Shown piece by piece: positions 29,701-40,121 of a DNA stretch of 64,000 nt. Position numbers and translations under genes: made by a program. The first letter of the stretch is position 1; every line of letters starts with the position of its first letter. Below the pieces are notes generated by a model, which saw only the letters and a program-made list of their open reading frames with translations, did not search any database and was not told the origin of the DNA. This DNA comes from an uncultured Acidobacteriota bacterium (GTDB lineage: Bacteria > Acidobacteriota > UBA6911): positions 192,001 through 256,000 of the forward strand of contig CAWJKZ010000013.1 of assembly GCA_963843575.1 (NCBI GenBank), given 5' to 3'.

Positions 29701-29774
29701 CCTCTCCTGGAAGTATAGGATTCCAGGCGGGGAGGCTCAAGTGGGCGGCTTCGGCTCGCGATCGGGACGGCGGG

Positions 29775-30569
29775 TCAGAATTGGGACTTGATGACGCTCT
29801 GCAAACCCGTCAGCAGTTCGTCGACCTTGGTGATTTCTTCCTCGGTGGCCAGCTCCCTGGACTTCATCAGCACGGCCACGGCTGTGTCGAGTTCGCCCAT
29901 CATGGCGTCCACCAGCCCGAGGTTGAAAAAGAGGTTCGAGCAGCCGGGTTCGATCTCGGAGGCGATTTCGTAATGCAGGCGCGCCAGCCGCAGGTCGCCC
30001 GATTCGAAATAGAGATTCGCCAGGTTGAAGTGGGCCTCGAAGTGCCTCGGATCGTACTGCAGCGAACGGGTGAAGCAGTTGAAGGCACCCGGTATTTTGC
30101 CGGTCTCGAATTCCAGGATCCCCAGGTTGCAGTATGCGTCGGCGACGGAGTCATCCTCGGCGATCGCCTTGGCGTAGAACTCGACGGCGCGGCGGTCACC
30201 GCGTTCGTGCAGCAGCAGCGCCTCTTCGAACGCGGTCAGCCGCAGGGGCAGCTGGATCAGAAGCCCCGGAGGTTCCGGGAAGAGGTTGAGCTGGCCGCGC
30301 AGTTCCGACTCGATCTGCTTCAACCCGAGACCGCGCCCTCGGAGTTCGCGCACGCGGCGCAGCTGGGTCAGGGAGCGAAAGTCGTAGCGGGTTTCGCCGT
30401 CGCCGGTCGGTGGAGCGGTGGGAATCAGGCCGCTACGTGTCCAGCGTCGTATGTAGTGTTCGCTGAGACCGAACTGCCGGCTAAGATCTCGAACCGTATA
30501 GGCGGACTGGACACGCTGGAATCCGATCCTGGATCCCGGTTCCGACGGGAACCGAATTACGTTGCCCAT
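29775..30569 (-). CDS. MerR-type HTH + TPR protein
   Basis: YTVRDLSRQFGLSEHYIRRWTRSGLI...RYDFRSL HTH followed by TPRs (AYCNLG, AHFNLA, FFNLG). Confidence 0.8.
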   Translation of the reverse strand: MGNVIRFPSEPGSRIGFQRVQSAYTVRDLSRQFGLSEHYIRRWTRSGLIPTAPPTGDGETRYDFRSLTQLRRVRELRGRGLGLKQIESELRGQLNLFPEPPGLLIQLPLRLTAFEEALLLHERGDRRAVEFYAKAIAEDDSVADAYCNLGILEFETGKIPGAFNCFTRSLQYDPRHFEAHFNLANLYFESGDLRLARLHYEIASEIEPGCSNLFFNLGLVDAMMGELDTAVAVLMKSRELATEEEITKVDELLTGLQSVIKSQF

Positions 30570-30600
30570 AGTGCCCTCGAACTTCGGTCAGAGACAGAAC

Positions 30601-31491
30601 TCATCCGCGTTTGCGCACCTTGGCCGGCTTGGCGGAGGGCTTGCGCACCTCCCCATCACCCGCCAGCACTTCCTGCTTCCCGCCCTTCCCGGTCGCCTTC
30701 ACCATCGGCTGCCGCCTTGACCGGGCGCGGTCGAGGCTCTCCTTGAGCGCCGTCATTATGTCGGCGACGGGACGGGTTTCTTCCGCCGGAGTCACGACCT
30801 CGCGTCCCTGGATCTTGGCTTCGATGATCTCCCGCAGGGCCTCGTTGTAGCGATCACGGATGTCGATGCTCCCCAGCGAGATCGACATCGTCTCCACCAG
30901 GTGAAGCGCCAGCTTCAGCTGTTCCGGCTCGGCCGCCGGCAGCTGGTCGAGCTGGGGGACCTCGTTGATGTCGCGCACTTCCCGCGGGTAGCGCAATCTG
31001 TAGAGGACCAGGCCCTTCTCGTAAGGAGCGATGACGACAGCGTCCTCACGCTCACGCAGCACGACCTTGCCGACTCCCACTCTCCCGCTCTGCCGCATGG
31101 CCTCACACAGCAGCGCATACGCCTTGGACGCCACGGCGCTGTCGGGCCCGGCGAAGTAAGGGGCCTCGTAGAGCGTGGGGTGAATCTCGGCGGCGTCGAC
31201 GAATCCCTCGATCTCAATGATCCTGGTGCTCTCCAGCCGAACCTTGTCAAAATCCGCCGGCTCCAGGACGACATACTGATCGGGTTCGTACTGATAGCCT
31301 TTCACGATGTCCTGCGTGGTTACCGGCTGGTTGCATTTCTTGCAGCGCTTGTCGTAGCCGACCGGGCCGTTGCAGTTCCTGTGCAGCTGGTTGAATCGGA
31401 CCGTCTCCGCCTGATCGATCGCACTATAGACTCGGATCGGGATTGTCACCAGCGAAAACCGGATGTGTCCCTTCCAGATGGACCTCATCAT
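30601..31491 (-). CDS. ku: Non-homologous end-joining protein Ku
   Basis: MRSIWKGHIRFSLVTIPI, DIVKGYQY, IEIEGFV, LRYPREVR, DIMTALKESL and a basic tail. Confidence 0.95.
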   Translation of the reverse strand: MMRSIWKGHIRFSLVTIPIRVYSAIDQAETVRFNQLHRNCNGPVGYDKRCKKCNQPVTTQDIVKGYQYEPDQYVVLEPADFDKVRLESTRIIEIEGFVDAAEIHPTLYEAPYFAGPDSAVASKAYALLCEAMRQSGRVGVGKVVLREREDAVVIAPYEKGLVLYRLRYPREVRDINEVPQLDQLPAAEPEQLKLALHLVETMSISLGSIDIRDRYNEALREIIEAKIQGREVVTPAEETRPVADIMTALKESLDRARSRRQPMVKATGKGGKQEVLAGDGEVRKPSAKPAKVRKRG

Positions 31492-31659
31492 TGTCAACAC
31501 CTCATCGGTTGGATAGAACCAGAAAGCGATGAGGAAGTATAGCCAAGTTCCTTGCCGCCCACCAGTACCGGGCAGGCCGTCGGTCGCGGGGGAGCTTGAA
31601 ACGGCCCGATATTTCAGGACGCAGAACAGACACGGGCAATGCAAGACAAAGGCCAAAAC

Positions 31660-31742
31660 AGAACGCAGATTCCGCGGATGCAACGGATCCACGCGGCCTG
31701 TCGCCAAGTCGATCGGTGGGGATCCGCGTGCATCCGCGTCCT
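31660..31742. repeat. Short-period degenerate inverted repeat (AACGCAGAT/CGCGGAT...ATCCGCGT)
   Basis: CGCGGAT-like units followed by complementary ATCCGCGT units; similar units at 54100-54120. Confidence 0.45.
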
Positions 31743-31881
31743 GAGAAAACTACCAGGCTCACCAGAACGACCTCAAGGCCCTGGCCGGATCCTTCCGGCC
31801 CCACTGAGAAAAACCGCTGTTGCCGCGGGGCGGCGGTTGCGACTATCCTCGTAAGCAGCATTCCCATTCAGGAGACCGCAA

Positions 31882-33144
31882 ATGACAAACCGCATTGGAC
31901 GTCGCCGATTTCTCGCATCCGTTACCGCCGGCGCAGCGGCGGCATCGACCTGGTCGGCCCGCAGCTACGCCGCCGTTTACCGCGCCAACGAACGCCTCCG
32001 CCTGGGGGTCATCGGGTGCGGCGGAATGGCCGGGTCGCACATGGACGCGCTCGTGCCGATGAAAGAGACCGACAACGTGGAGATCGGGGCGGTATGCGAC
32101 ATTTTCAGCAAACGGCTGGATGCCGCAGCCCGGAAGACCGGCGGCAAGCCCTTTGCGCACTACAAGGAACTCCTGGCCCAGAAGGACCTGGACTACGTCC
32201 TCATCGCGACCCCGGAGCACTGGCACTACCAGATGATCCTCGACGCTCTCGACGCGGGCAAGCACGTGTACGTGGAAAAGCCGATGACCCACAGCATCGC
32301 CCAGTCGCGGGAAGTGGTGCGCAGGATGCGGGATTCCAAGCTCAAACTGCAGGTGGGGGTGCAGGGGACGTCCGACGAGTCTTACGAGGTTGCGAACCGC
32401 TACGTGCGCGACGGGGTTCTCGGCAAGGTGGTGATGGCCCAGATCGACTACTCACGCAATTACGCGAACGACTTCTGGGCCTACGACATCGATCCCGACG
32501 CCAAACCGGGCATAAACCTGGACTGGCAGGCGTGGCTGGGCCCGGCGCCCAAGAGACCCTGGGACCCGCGCCGGTACTTTCAGTGGCGCCGTTACTGGGA
32601 TTATTCCGGGGGTATCGCCACGGACCTGTTCATCCACCGGGTGACGCGGATCCTCAAAGCCGTCGGATTGACGTTTCCCGACCGAGTCGTGGCCACGGGG
32701 GGCAAGTGGAACTTCGCCGGCAGCGTCGCCGAGATCCCGGACACCTTCAACATGCTGTGCGATTATCCGGGAGGCCCCACCGTCGCCCTCATCTCCTCGA
32801 TGGCGAACGCGACTCCGATAGACCACGTCATCCGCGGGCACTACGCAACCCTGACCTTCACACGTGAGGGGTTTGAAATCCGACCCGAAGGGGACATCGC
32901 CCGGCAGGAGAATTCCCCGAAGGCGGGAGACATCAAAGCGATTTCCTACAAGAAGACCGGGGCCGAGGACGTGACCCTGCACCATCGCAACCTGCACGCG
33001 GCGATACGCGGGGGCGAGGAACTTCACTGTGATCACATGCTCGGGTACTACGGCGTGGTGGTCACGATGATGGGGGTCGAATCCTACCGCACCCGCCGCT
33101 ACCTGCGCTGGGAACCCCGGCAGCAGAAGGCCGTCGTTTCGTAG
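31882..33144 (+). CDS. Tat-exported Gfo/Idh/MocA oxidoreductase
   Basis: [33 protein letters not shown]. Confidence 0.9.
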   Translation: MTNRIGRRRFLASVTAGAAAASTWSARSYAAVYRANERLRLGVIGCGGMAGSHMDALVPMKETDNVEIGAVCDIFSKRLDAAARKTGGKPFAHYKELLAQKDLDYVLIATPEHWHYQMILDALDAGKHVYVEKPMTHSIAQSREVVRRMRDSKLKLQVGVQGTSDESYEVANRYVRDGVLGKVVMAQIDYSRNYANDFWAYDIDPDAKPGINLDWQAWLGPAPKRPWDPRRYFQWRRYWDYSGGIATDLFIHRVTRILKAVGLTFPDRVVATGGKWNFAGSVAEIPDTFNMLCDYPGGPTVALISSMANATPIDHVIRGHYATLTFTREGFEIRPEGDIARQENSPKAGDIKAISYKKTGAEDVTLHHRNLHAAIRGGEELHCDHMLGYYGVVVTMMGVESYRTRRYLRWEPRQQKAVVS

Positions 33145-33147
33145 AAT

Positions 33148-34182
33148 TCAGCTCCAGCGGAACCAGCGCATCGCGCACACGAACGAAAGGGCGCCCCAGA
33201 GCGCCACCACGGCCAGCGGAAGGGTCTGCGAGTACAGCGAAGCCCCCTCGAGGATGACGGCCCGAAGCGCGTAGTTCAGCTGGGTCAGGGGCAGGGCCTG
33301 CACGACCGGCTGCAATGCGCCGGGGAACCTGTCGGGCGAAAAAAAGATCCCCGACAGGAGCCACATCGGCAACATCACCAGATTCATCAGACCGGACACG
33401 GTCTCGATCCTCTGCGCGCGGCTGGCGATCAACAAGCCCAGCCCGGCAAACGCGATATCTCCCACCAGGCAGACCAGGAGGATGGTCGCCCAGTTGCCCT
33501 TTACGAGCACGCCGAACAGCAGCGCGCCCGCTCCCAGGACCACCACGATCTCCGGGATCATGAACAGCAGGCGGCCGCCGATCATCGACCACATGAAATG
33601 GGTGCGCTTCATGGGGGTGGCCACGAAGCGCTTCAGGAGCTTGCGCACCCGCATGTCCACGATCACAAAACCGACGCCCCACATGCCGCTGCCCATCAGG
33701 TTCATCCCGAGCAGGCCCGGCACCAGGAAATCGATGTAGCGTGCCCCGGGTTCGGTGACGTGTTTCTCGGTGGTGGGTATGACGTCGGGCCTGCCCGCCG
33801 ATCGCTGCAGGGCGTCGTCGACCTGGATCCGCGCCATCGCGCTCTCTGGGCGCGTGGGGTCGAACAGGTACGTGAACGGCTCGCCCGGGATGACGACGAT
33901 CGACGATTTGCCCAGCCGGAGCCGGTCCTGGCACTCGTCCGCCCGGTGTATTTCCGCCGTGAAGTTGGGCACCGCCGCGAGCGTCTTCTGGATCTGCCGC
34001 GCGTGCGGGCCGTCCTGGATGTCGACGAAAACGCGATCGGGCGGCCGGTTTCGGAAGGCGATGCCCAGCCCCACCGCGAGGAGCAACGGAAAACCGTAGG
34101 TCCAGAACACCGCCTCGGGCTCGCGCAGGAACTCCCGCATCCGCGCCGTCAGCAGCTCTCTAAGAGGGTGGTACCTCGTCAT
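33148..34182 (-). CDS. ABC-2 type transporter permease
   Basis: REPEAVFW, RYIDFLVPGL, LSGIFF, QALPLT. Confidence 0.9.
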   Translation of the reverse strand: MTRYHPLRELLTARMREFLREPEAVFWTYGFPLLLAVGLGIAFRNRPPDRVFVDIQDGPHARQIQKTLAAVPNFTAEIHRADECQDRLRLGKSSIVVIPGEPFTYLFDPTRPESAMARIQVDDALQRSAGRPDVIPTTEKHVTEPGARYIDFLVPGLLGMNLMGSGMWGVGFVIVDMRVRKLLKRFVATPMKRTHFMWSMIGGRLLFMIPEIVVVLGAGALLFGVLVKGNWATILLVCLVGDIAFAGLGLLIASRAQRIETVSGLMNLVMLPMWLLSGIFFSPDRFPGALQPVVQALPLTQLNYALRAVILEGASLYSQTLPLAVVALWGALSFVCAMRWFRWS

Positions 34183-35119
34183 CGCGCAAGTGCCTCCCGG
34201 TGAGGTGGACGAAAACATCCTCGAGGCTGACGTGGCGCGTGGTCAAGCGCGCGAGCTGCTGGCCGCGCGACTGCAGACGCTCGAGCAGGGCGGGAACCGC
34301 GACGTGCGGTTCGCCGACCGTGAGGGCTATGGCGGGGCCGTCCGAACGCACCTCGCGCACCGACGGGAGCGAACCGTACTCGGCCGCCGACGGGCCGGCG
34401 CCGTTGGTCACCGCAAACTCGATGACGTGCTCGCCGCCGAGTCCCGCGATCAGCTCGCTCGGCGATCCCAGCGCGATCACCTTGCCATGGTCCACGACCG
34501 CGACACGGTCGCAGAGCCGTTCCGCCTCGTCCATGTAGTGCGTCGTGATCAGCGTCGTCCGCCCCTCCTCCTTTAGCCCGCGGATAATATCCCACAGCTG
34601 CCGGCGCGACTGGGGATCCAGCCCCGTGGTTGGTTCGTCCAGGAACAGGAGGTCCGGGTTGCCGACCAGCGCGCAGGCAACGGCCAGCCGCTGCCGCTGC
34701 CCCCCCGAGAGTTTGCCCACCCACGCCCCAGCCTTCTCGACGAGGCCGACCGCCTCCATGGTCGCTGCCGGATCCTTGCCCGAGCGATAGAAGCTGCGGA
34801 AAAGGACGAGCGTCTCGCGGACCGAGAGCTTTTCCGGGAACCGGGTCTCCTGAAGGGAGATGCCAATCCTCTGCCGGAGCTCGTCGTCGTGCTCCCCCCA
34901 GCGCCTGCCGAGCACCTCCACGTCGCCCGAGGTCGGCGCGAGCAGCCCCTCGAGGATCTCGATCGTGGTGGTTTTTCCCGCGCCGTTGGGCCCGAGCAGC
35001 CCGAAGCATTCGCCCGAGCGCACCTGCAAATCCAGGCCGTTGACCGCGTCCACGGCGCCGGAGCGGCTCTTGTACCGTTTCGTCAGGTTGCGGCAGTCGA
35101 TCGCCAGGTCCGACGTCAT
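34160..35119 (-). CDS. ABC transporter ATP-binding protein (DrrA-like)
   Basis: GPNGAGKT, LSGGQ, LFLDEPTTGLD, TTHYMDEAE. Confidence 0.95.
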   Translation of the reverse strand: MTSDLAIDCRNLTKRYKSRSGAVDAVNGLDLQVRSGECFGLLGPNGAGKTTTIEILEGLLAPTSGDVEVLGRRWGEHDDELRQRIGISLQETRFPEKLSVRETLVLFRSFYRSGKDPAATMEAVGLVEKAGAWVGKLSGGQRQRLAVACALVGNPDLLFLDEPTTGLDPQSRRQLWDIIRGLKEEGRTTLITTHYMDEAERLCDRVAVVDHGKVIALGSPSELIAGLGGEHVIEFAVTNGAGPSAAEYGSLPSVREVRSDGPAIALTVGEPHVAVPALLERLQSRGQQLARLTTRHVSLEDVFVHLTGRHLRDDEVPPS

Positions 35120-35177
35120 ATGCGAGCTATCCAGGCTTCAATGCCGGTCAAATATACGCGTAATAGGATACCAGAGG

Positions 35178-35204
35178 GGAACGTTCTTCCCCGGCCGCGC
35201 GTAT
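35178..35204 (+). promoter_or_regulatory. ECF-sigma-type promoter
   Basis: GGAAC-N17-CGTAT about 30 nt upstream of the GGAGG-preceded ATG at 35237. Confidence 0.45.
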
Positions 35205-35236
35205 CTCTGGTTGCACCCTTCTCGTGGAGGTTTACA

Positions 35237-35893
35237 ATGGCAACCCCTCACCTGTGCGCCCTGGCCGCCGCCGGCGCGCTCTGCGTCACACTCTCGGGGG
35301 CGCCGGGCGTGGCCCAGGATTCCATCCAGTACCGTCTCCTCAAAGGCTCGGACTATCAGGTGTTCGAGGACGGCGTGACTCCCCGCGCTCGCGTCAGGGC
35401 GAATTACTACAAGCCTTCCCCCGGAGACCAATGGGGCGTCTCGCCCGGACAAGTCTCGATCGAGTACGGGCTGCCGGCGTGGAAGCCGGAGTACGACCAG
35501 CTGTTCGACAAGATGCCGGGCGGAAAAAGGTGGCGCCTCGGCTCGAACTACTGGACGAACCTCTCCAGCTCGTTCCCATTCGAAGCCGGGGGGCATCGGA
35601 TCCCGGCCGGTTACTACTACCTCGTCCTTGAGCGCACCGACCAGAAGCGGTGGAGCCTGATCGTCCTGGAGCCTTCGGACATGACCCACCGCCAGCTGGA
35701 TCCATACCACGTCAACCTGAAAGAGAGCGGCGCCGGAATTCCTATCGCGCTCGAGTCGGAGCGTTCGGAGAAAACCGCGGACCGGCTCGAGATCACGCTC
35801 AAGCTGCAGGACGACGACCCGCAAGAGATGGCCGTGCACATCCGCTTCGGGCCCCACCACTTCCACTCCGCTCCGCTGCGCGTGCAGTTTTGA
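35237..35893 (+). CDS. DUF2911-like exported protein
   Basis: Signal peptide; SIEYGLP, WRLGSN, IPAGYY motifs. Confidence 0.65.
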   Translation: MATPHLCALAAAGALCVTLSGAPGVAQDSIQYRLLKGSDYQVFEDGVTPRARVRANYYKPSPGDQWGVSPGQVSIEYGLPAWKPEYDQLFDKMPGGKRWRLGSNYWTNLSSSFPFEAGGHRIPAGYYYLVLERTDQKRWSLIVLEPSDMTHRQLDPYHVNLKESGAGIPIALESERSEKTADRLEITLKLQDDDPQEMAVHIRFGPHHFHSAPLRVQF

Positions 35894-36017
35894 CGAGGGG
35901 GCCGCGTCGGGCGAAGCCCCGGGCTGCGTCGAGCCACCGCGGCCCACGCCGGGAGCTTGACGGGCCGGGACGCGGACTGCTACAAGGGTCACGGACATTC
36001 AACCGGAGGGGAGTGCG

Positions 36018-36797
36018 ATGATGGATCGGAGAACTTTCGTTGGGACGTTGGGCGGCGCCGGATTGACGGCCGCGGGCGGGTTTGCGGCGACCACGGAGAA
36101 GCGGCGTGTGTTCGTGCTCGAGAACTACTATCTCAAGAACGGAACCCAGAGCGGACGGATTCACGACTTCATCGCGAAGGCGGCGCTCCCCGCGCTGAAA
36201 AGGCTCGTTCCGGGGCCGCAGCTTGTGCTCGACGCCCTCGTTGCCTCCCACATGCCGCAAGTGGCGGTCGTTACGGGGTTCCGCTCGGCGGATGAGTTGT
36301 GGGAAGTCCGGGCCAGGGTGCTGGCGGACGCCGAGCTCGCGAAGGCGGTCGAGCAGTGGGAAAACAATGAGGAGGCCCCTTACGAGCACTTCTCGACGTC
36401 CCTCCTCGAAGCGACACCCTACTGCCCCGAAATTGCGGCCACCTCAGAACCGAGAACGACGCCGAGGGTTTTCGAACTGCGGACCTATCACTCGCCGACC
36501 TGGAAACAGCTGCGAGCGCTGCACGAGCGTTTCGCCGGGCCGGAAATCCAGATCTTCAGCCGCGTCGGCGTGCACCCGATCCTGTACTCGTCCACCGTGA
36601 TCGGCGCGCAGATGCCCAACCTCACCTACCTTATTCCCTTCGAAGACCTCGCCGCCCGGGAAAAAGCCTGGAACGCTTTCTCCGCCGACCCGGAGTGGAT
36701 CAGGGTAAGGAAGGAATCGATCGACCGGCACGGCCAGATCTCGAGTGTCATCCAGATGTCGCTCTGGCGCGCGACCGCTTACTCCCCCATCCGGTGA
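36018..36797 (+). CDS. NIPSNAP family protein with a Tat-like signal
   Basis: DRRTF, FELRTY, PNLTYL, AWNAFSADPEW. Confidence 0.88.
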   Translation: MMDRRTFVGTLGGAGLTAAGGFAATTEKRRVFVLENYYLKNGTQSGRIHDFIAKAALPALKRLVPGPQLVLDALVASHMPQVAVVTGFRSADELWEVRARVLADAELAKAVEQWENNEEAPYEHFSTSLLEATPYCPEIAATSEPRTTPRVFELRTYHSPTWKQLRALHERFAGPEIQIFSRVGVHPILYSSTVIGAQMPNLTYLIPFEDLAAREKAWNAFSADPEWIRVRKESIDRHGQISSVIQMSLWRATAYSPIR

Positions 36798-36976
36798 CCC
36801 GATCGCCGGTGGCGCCCGCGGCAGGGATCACGGAAATTGCTATTCTCGCGATCTGCCGTCCGCGAGGATGAGCCGCGGTGACGGCAGGAGTGGGACGAAG
36901 CTCCCGAGCCAGCACAGATGCGTGCGGCGATCGCAAAGATAGCGCAGATTGCTATTGTCGGAGCCGTTTTACCAGC

Positions 36977-38669
36977 TCATGTTCCGGCAGTTTGGGACGA
37001 GCTGAGCGGGGTCTGTCCGCCGGATTTGCGGATTGCTGCAAGTCGTGCGGCGCCATCCTCGCGCAGGCGGAATTTCTGCACCTTGCCGCTGCTTGTCATC
37101 GGGAAAGTGTCGACGAAGAAAACGTACTTGGGGATCTTGTACCTGGCGATCTTGCCCCGGCAGTAGTCCTCGATGTCGCCCGGTTCCAGAGCGATGTTCT
37201 TGTGCAGCTGGACGTACGCGGCCACTTCTTCGCCGTATTTCTCGTTCGGCACCCCGACGATCTGCACGTCGCGGATCTCGGGCATCCCGTGCAGGAAGTC
37301 CTCTACCTCTTTCGGGTAAATATTTTCGCCCCCGCGGATGATCAGGTCCTTCAACCTCCCGGTGATCTTGTAGTAGCCGTCCTCGGTGCGCAGCGCCGTG
37401 TCACCGGTGCGCAGCCATCCCTCGGCGTCGACCGCAAGCGCCGTTTCCTGGGGCATTTTATAGTAGCCCTTCATCGTGTTGTATCCCCTGGAGCAGAGTT
37501 CCCCGGGGGTGTTCACGGGGAGTTCCGCCCCGGTTTCGGGATCCACGATTCGCACCTCCACCCCCTCGAAGGGCTTCCCGATCGTCGTGACCCGGACGTC
37601 GACCGGGTCGTCCGTCCGCGTCTGGGTGATGCCGGGGGAAGCCTCGGTAAGGCCGTATACGATCGTGATCTCCCGGCAGTGCATCCTCTCCATGACCTCG
37701 AGCATGACCGGCTCGGGACAGGGCGACCCGGCCATGATCCCGGTGCGGAGCGATGTTCAGGTCGAACATGTTGAACATCGGGTGGCTCAACTCGGCGATG
37801 AACATCGTGGGCACGCCGTAGAGGGCCGTGCAGCGCTCCTTCTGGACCACGGCGAGCACCATCAGCGGATCGTAGCTCTCGAGCGGCACCATCGTCGCGT
37901 CGTGTGTGTAGGCAGCGAGGACCCCAAGGGTGATGCCGAAACAGTGAAACAGCGGAACCGGCAGGCAGACGCGATCGTCCGGGGTGAATCTCTGGCGTTC
38001 GCCGATGGCGAAGCCGTTGTTGATGATGCTGTGGTGGGTCAGCATTACGCCCTTCGGGAAGCCGGTTGTCCCCGAAGTGTATTGCATGTTGATCACATCG
38101 TGGGGGTTCAGCTCTGCGGTCGCGCTCTCCAGCTCCGCGTCCGTGACGGCGTCGCCGAGGCGGAAGACCTCGTCGAGTCCGAACATGCCGCGGTGCTGCT
38201 TGGGCCCGATGTACACGACTCTCTGGAGGAAGGGGAACTTGGCGCTGTGCAGCTCGCCCTTTCCGCAGAATTTCAACTCCGGCACCAGGTTGTAGATTTC
38301 ACGGACGTAGTCGACGTCGCGGTAACCGTCGATCGTGAACAGCGCTTTCATGTCCGACTGCTGCAGCACGTACTCGAGCTCGTGGGGACGGTAGTTGGTG
38401 TTGACCGTGACCATGACGGCCCCCACTCGTGCGGTGGCGAACAGGATCACGATCCAATCGGGAACGTTGGTGGCCCAGATTCCGACGTGGTCTCCCCTCC
38501 GGATTCCGAGGGCGAGCAGGCCCTTGGCGAGCCGCGTCACGCGCCCATCAAGCTCTCCATACGAATATCGCAGATCCCGATCCGAGTAGATCAGCGCGGG
38601 ATGATCCGGGCGCCGGCGCGCAGCATCGCGCAGCAGCGCACCCAACGTGCACTCAAACACCTCTGACAC
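36977..38669 (-). CDS. Acyl-CoA synthetase (AMP-forming), frameshift near 37750
   Basis: GGAGG + GTG start; [39 protein letters not shown]. Confidence 0.9.
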
Positions 38670-38754
38670 GGATTCCTCCCTTCCGGAACCGACGATAATG
38701 CCCCCGCGCGGGATTTGCCGCAAGAAGTTTTGCTTAGAAACACGGCAAGGCCGT

Positions 38755-38920
38755 CAAGTGGGTCCGGGCTGAAGCCCGGACGCTGTTTGCGGTCGCTGTG
38801 ACGTGCGCCCGTCGCCACATAGATCAGATCAAAAGACGTCCGGGCTGAAGCCCGGACCCACGTGTTTTTTCGGGCAGTTTCGGAAAACGTCAACCGTTGA
38901 GCTGCCGCTTCAGTGCCGAC
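38755..38920. repeat. REP/REPIN-like cluster, copy 3 (spacer inverted)
   Basis: REP units at 38758-38781 and 38838-38861; spacer is approximately the reverse complement of copies 1 and 4. Confidence 0.85.
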
Positions 38921-39003
38921 CCGCTTGATTGTTCGACTTTGGTTTTTCCCCATTCGGCAGCGATGCAGTAGACTATCAGGGTTTCCGCGGAGAGGAGATC
39001 ACC

Positions 39004-40098
39004 ATGCACGTTTCGGAGCTGGATACACCGGCCCTGGTTGTTGACCTCGACATACTGGAGAAGAACATCGCCGAGATGTCGAGCTACTGTTCCGGGCACG
39101 GGATCGCGTTGCGCCCGCACACCAAGACCCACAAGATCCCGGCCATAGCCCGCATGCAGCTGGCCGCCGGCGCCTGCGGCATCACGGTGGCGAAGGTCGG
39201 CGAAGCGGAACTGATGGCGAGCGAGGGTTTCGATGACATCCTCATCGCCTACCCGGTGGTTGGTGCATCGAAGCTCGAGCGGCTCGCGGCCCTGTGCCAG
39301 ATTGCGCGCGTGACGGTCGCCACCGACGCGCTGGAAGTCGCGGAGAGGATCTCCCGCGCGGTTTCCACGGCTGGCGCCCGGATCGGACTGCTCGCCGAAA
39401 TGGACGCGGGCCTGCGCCGGTGCGGCGTGCAGAGCACGGCCGAACTCGTGGCGCTCGCTCAGGGCATCTCCCGGCTGCCCAATGTCACCTTTGCCGGATT
39501 CCTCTGCTTCCCAGGTCACATCCGGGCGAATCCTGCCGACCAGATCCCGATGCTCGAGGCCATCGACGCGCGGCTGCGCGAGGCACAGGAATGCCTGTTC
39601 CGTTCCGGTCTCGAGGTCCGGGTGGTGAGCGGCGGCTCCACGCCGACCGCTTACCGCAGCCACGTGATGAAGACCGTCACCGAGATCCGACCGGGCACCT
39701 ATGTCTACAACGACATGAACACGGTTACCATCGGTGCGATAGGGCTCGACCGTTGCGCCCTGACGGTGCACACCACCGTCGTCAGCACTGCCGTCAAGGG
39801 ACGGATCGTGATCGACGGGGGCTCGAAGACCTTCTCGAGCGATCGACTGCGGGGCGGCGAGGGGCAGGGTTTCGGTTACCTCGTCGGTCACCCCGAAGTG
39901 CAGCTGGAGTCGATGTCCGAAGAGCACGGCCACGTCAACGTCGAAGGCACGACTCACCGTTTCCGGATCGGCGACCGGCTCTGCTTCATTCCCAACCACG
40001 TCTGCACGGCTGTCAACCTGCACAACGAACTCTGGGGCGTGCGGTATGACAGCGTCGTGGAACGCTGGCCGATCGCGGCGCGCGGTCTCGTGCGCTGA
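39004..40098 (+). CDS. PLP-dependent D-threonine aldolase / D-serine dehydratase-like protein (alanine racemase fold)
   Basis: LDTPALVVD, LRPHTKTHK, GGSTPT, EIRPGTY, SEEHG, IPNHVC. Confidence 0.92.
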   Translation: MHVSELDTPALVVDLDILEKNIAEMSSYCSGHGIALRPHTKTHKIPAIARMQLAAGACGITVAKVGEAELMASEGFDDILIAYPVVGASKLERLAALCQIARVTVATDALEVAERISRAVSTAGARIGLLAEMDAGLRRCGVQSTAELVALAQGISRLPNVTFAGFLCFPGHIRANPADQIPMLEAIDARLREAQECLFRSGLEVRVVSGGSTPTAYRSHVMKTVTEIRPGTYVYNDMNTVTIGAIGLDRCALTVHTTVVSTAVKGRIVIDGGSKTFSSDRLRGGEGQGFGYLVGHPEVQLESMSEEHGHVNVEGTTHRFRIGDRLCFIPNHVCTAVNLHNELWGVRYDSVVERWPIAARGLVR

Positions 40099-40121
40099 CG
40101 GCCCCCACAGGACCGACGTTC

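Noticed and set aside
30601-31491. Ku as a phage Gam-like or prophage marker
   Set aside because: Full bacterial Ku with a basic C-tail; no phage or integrase genes nearby.
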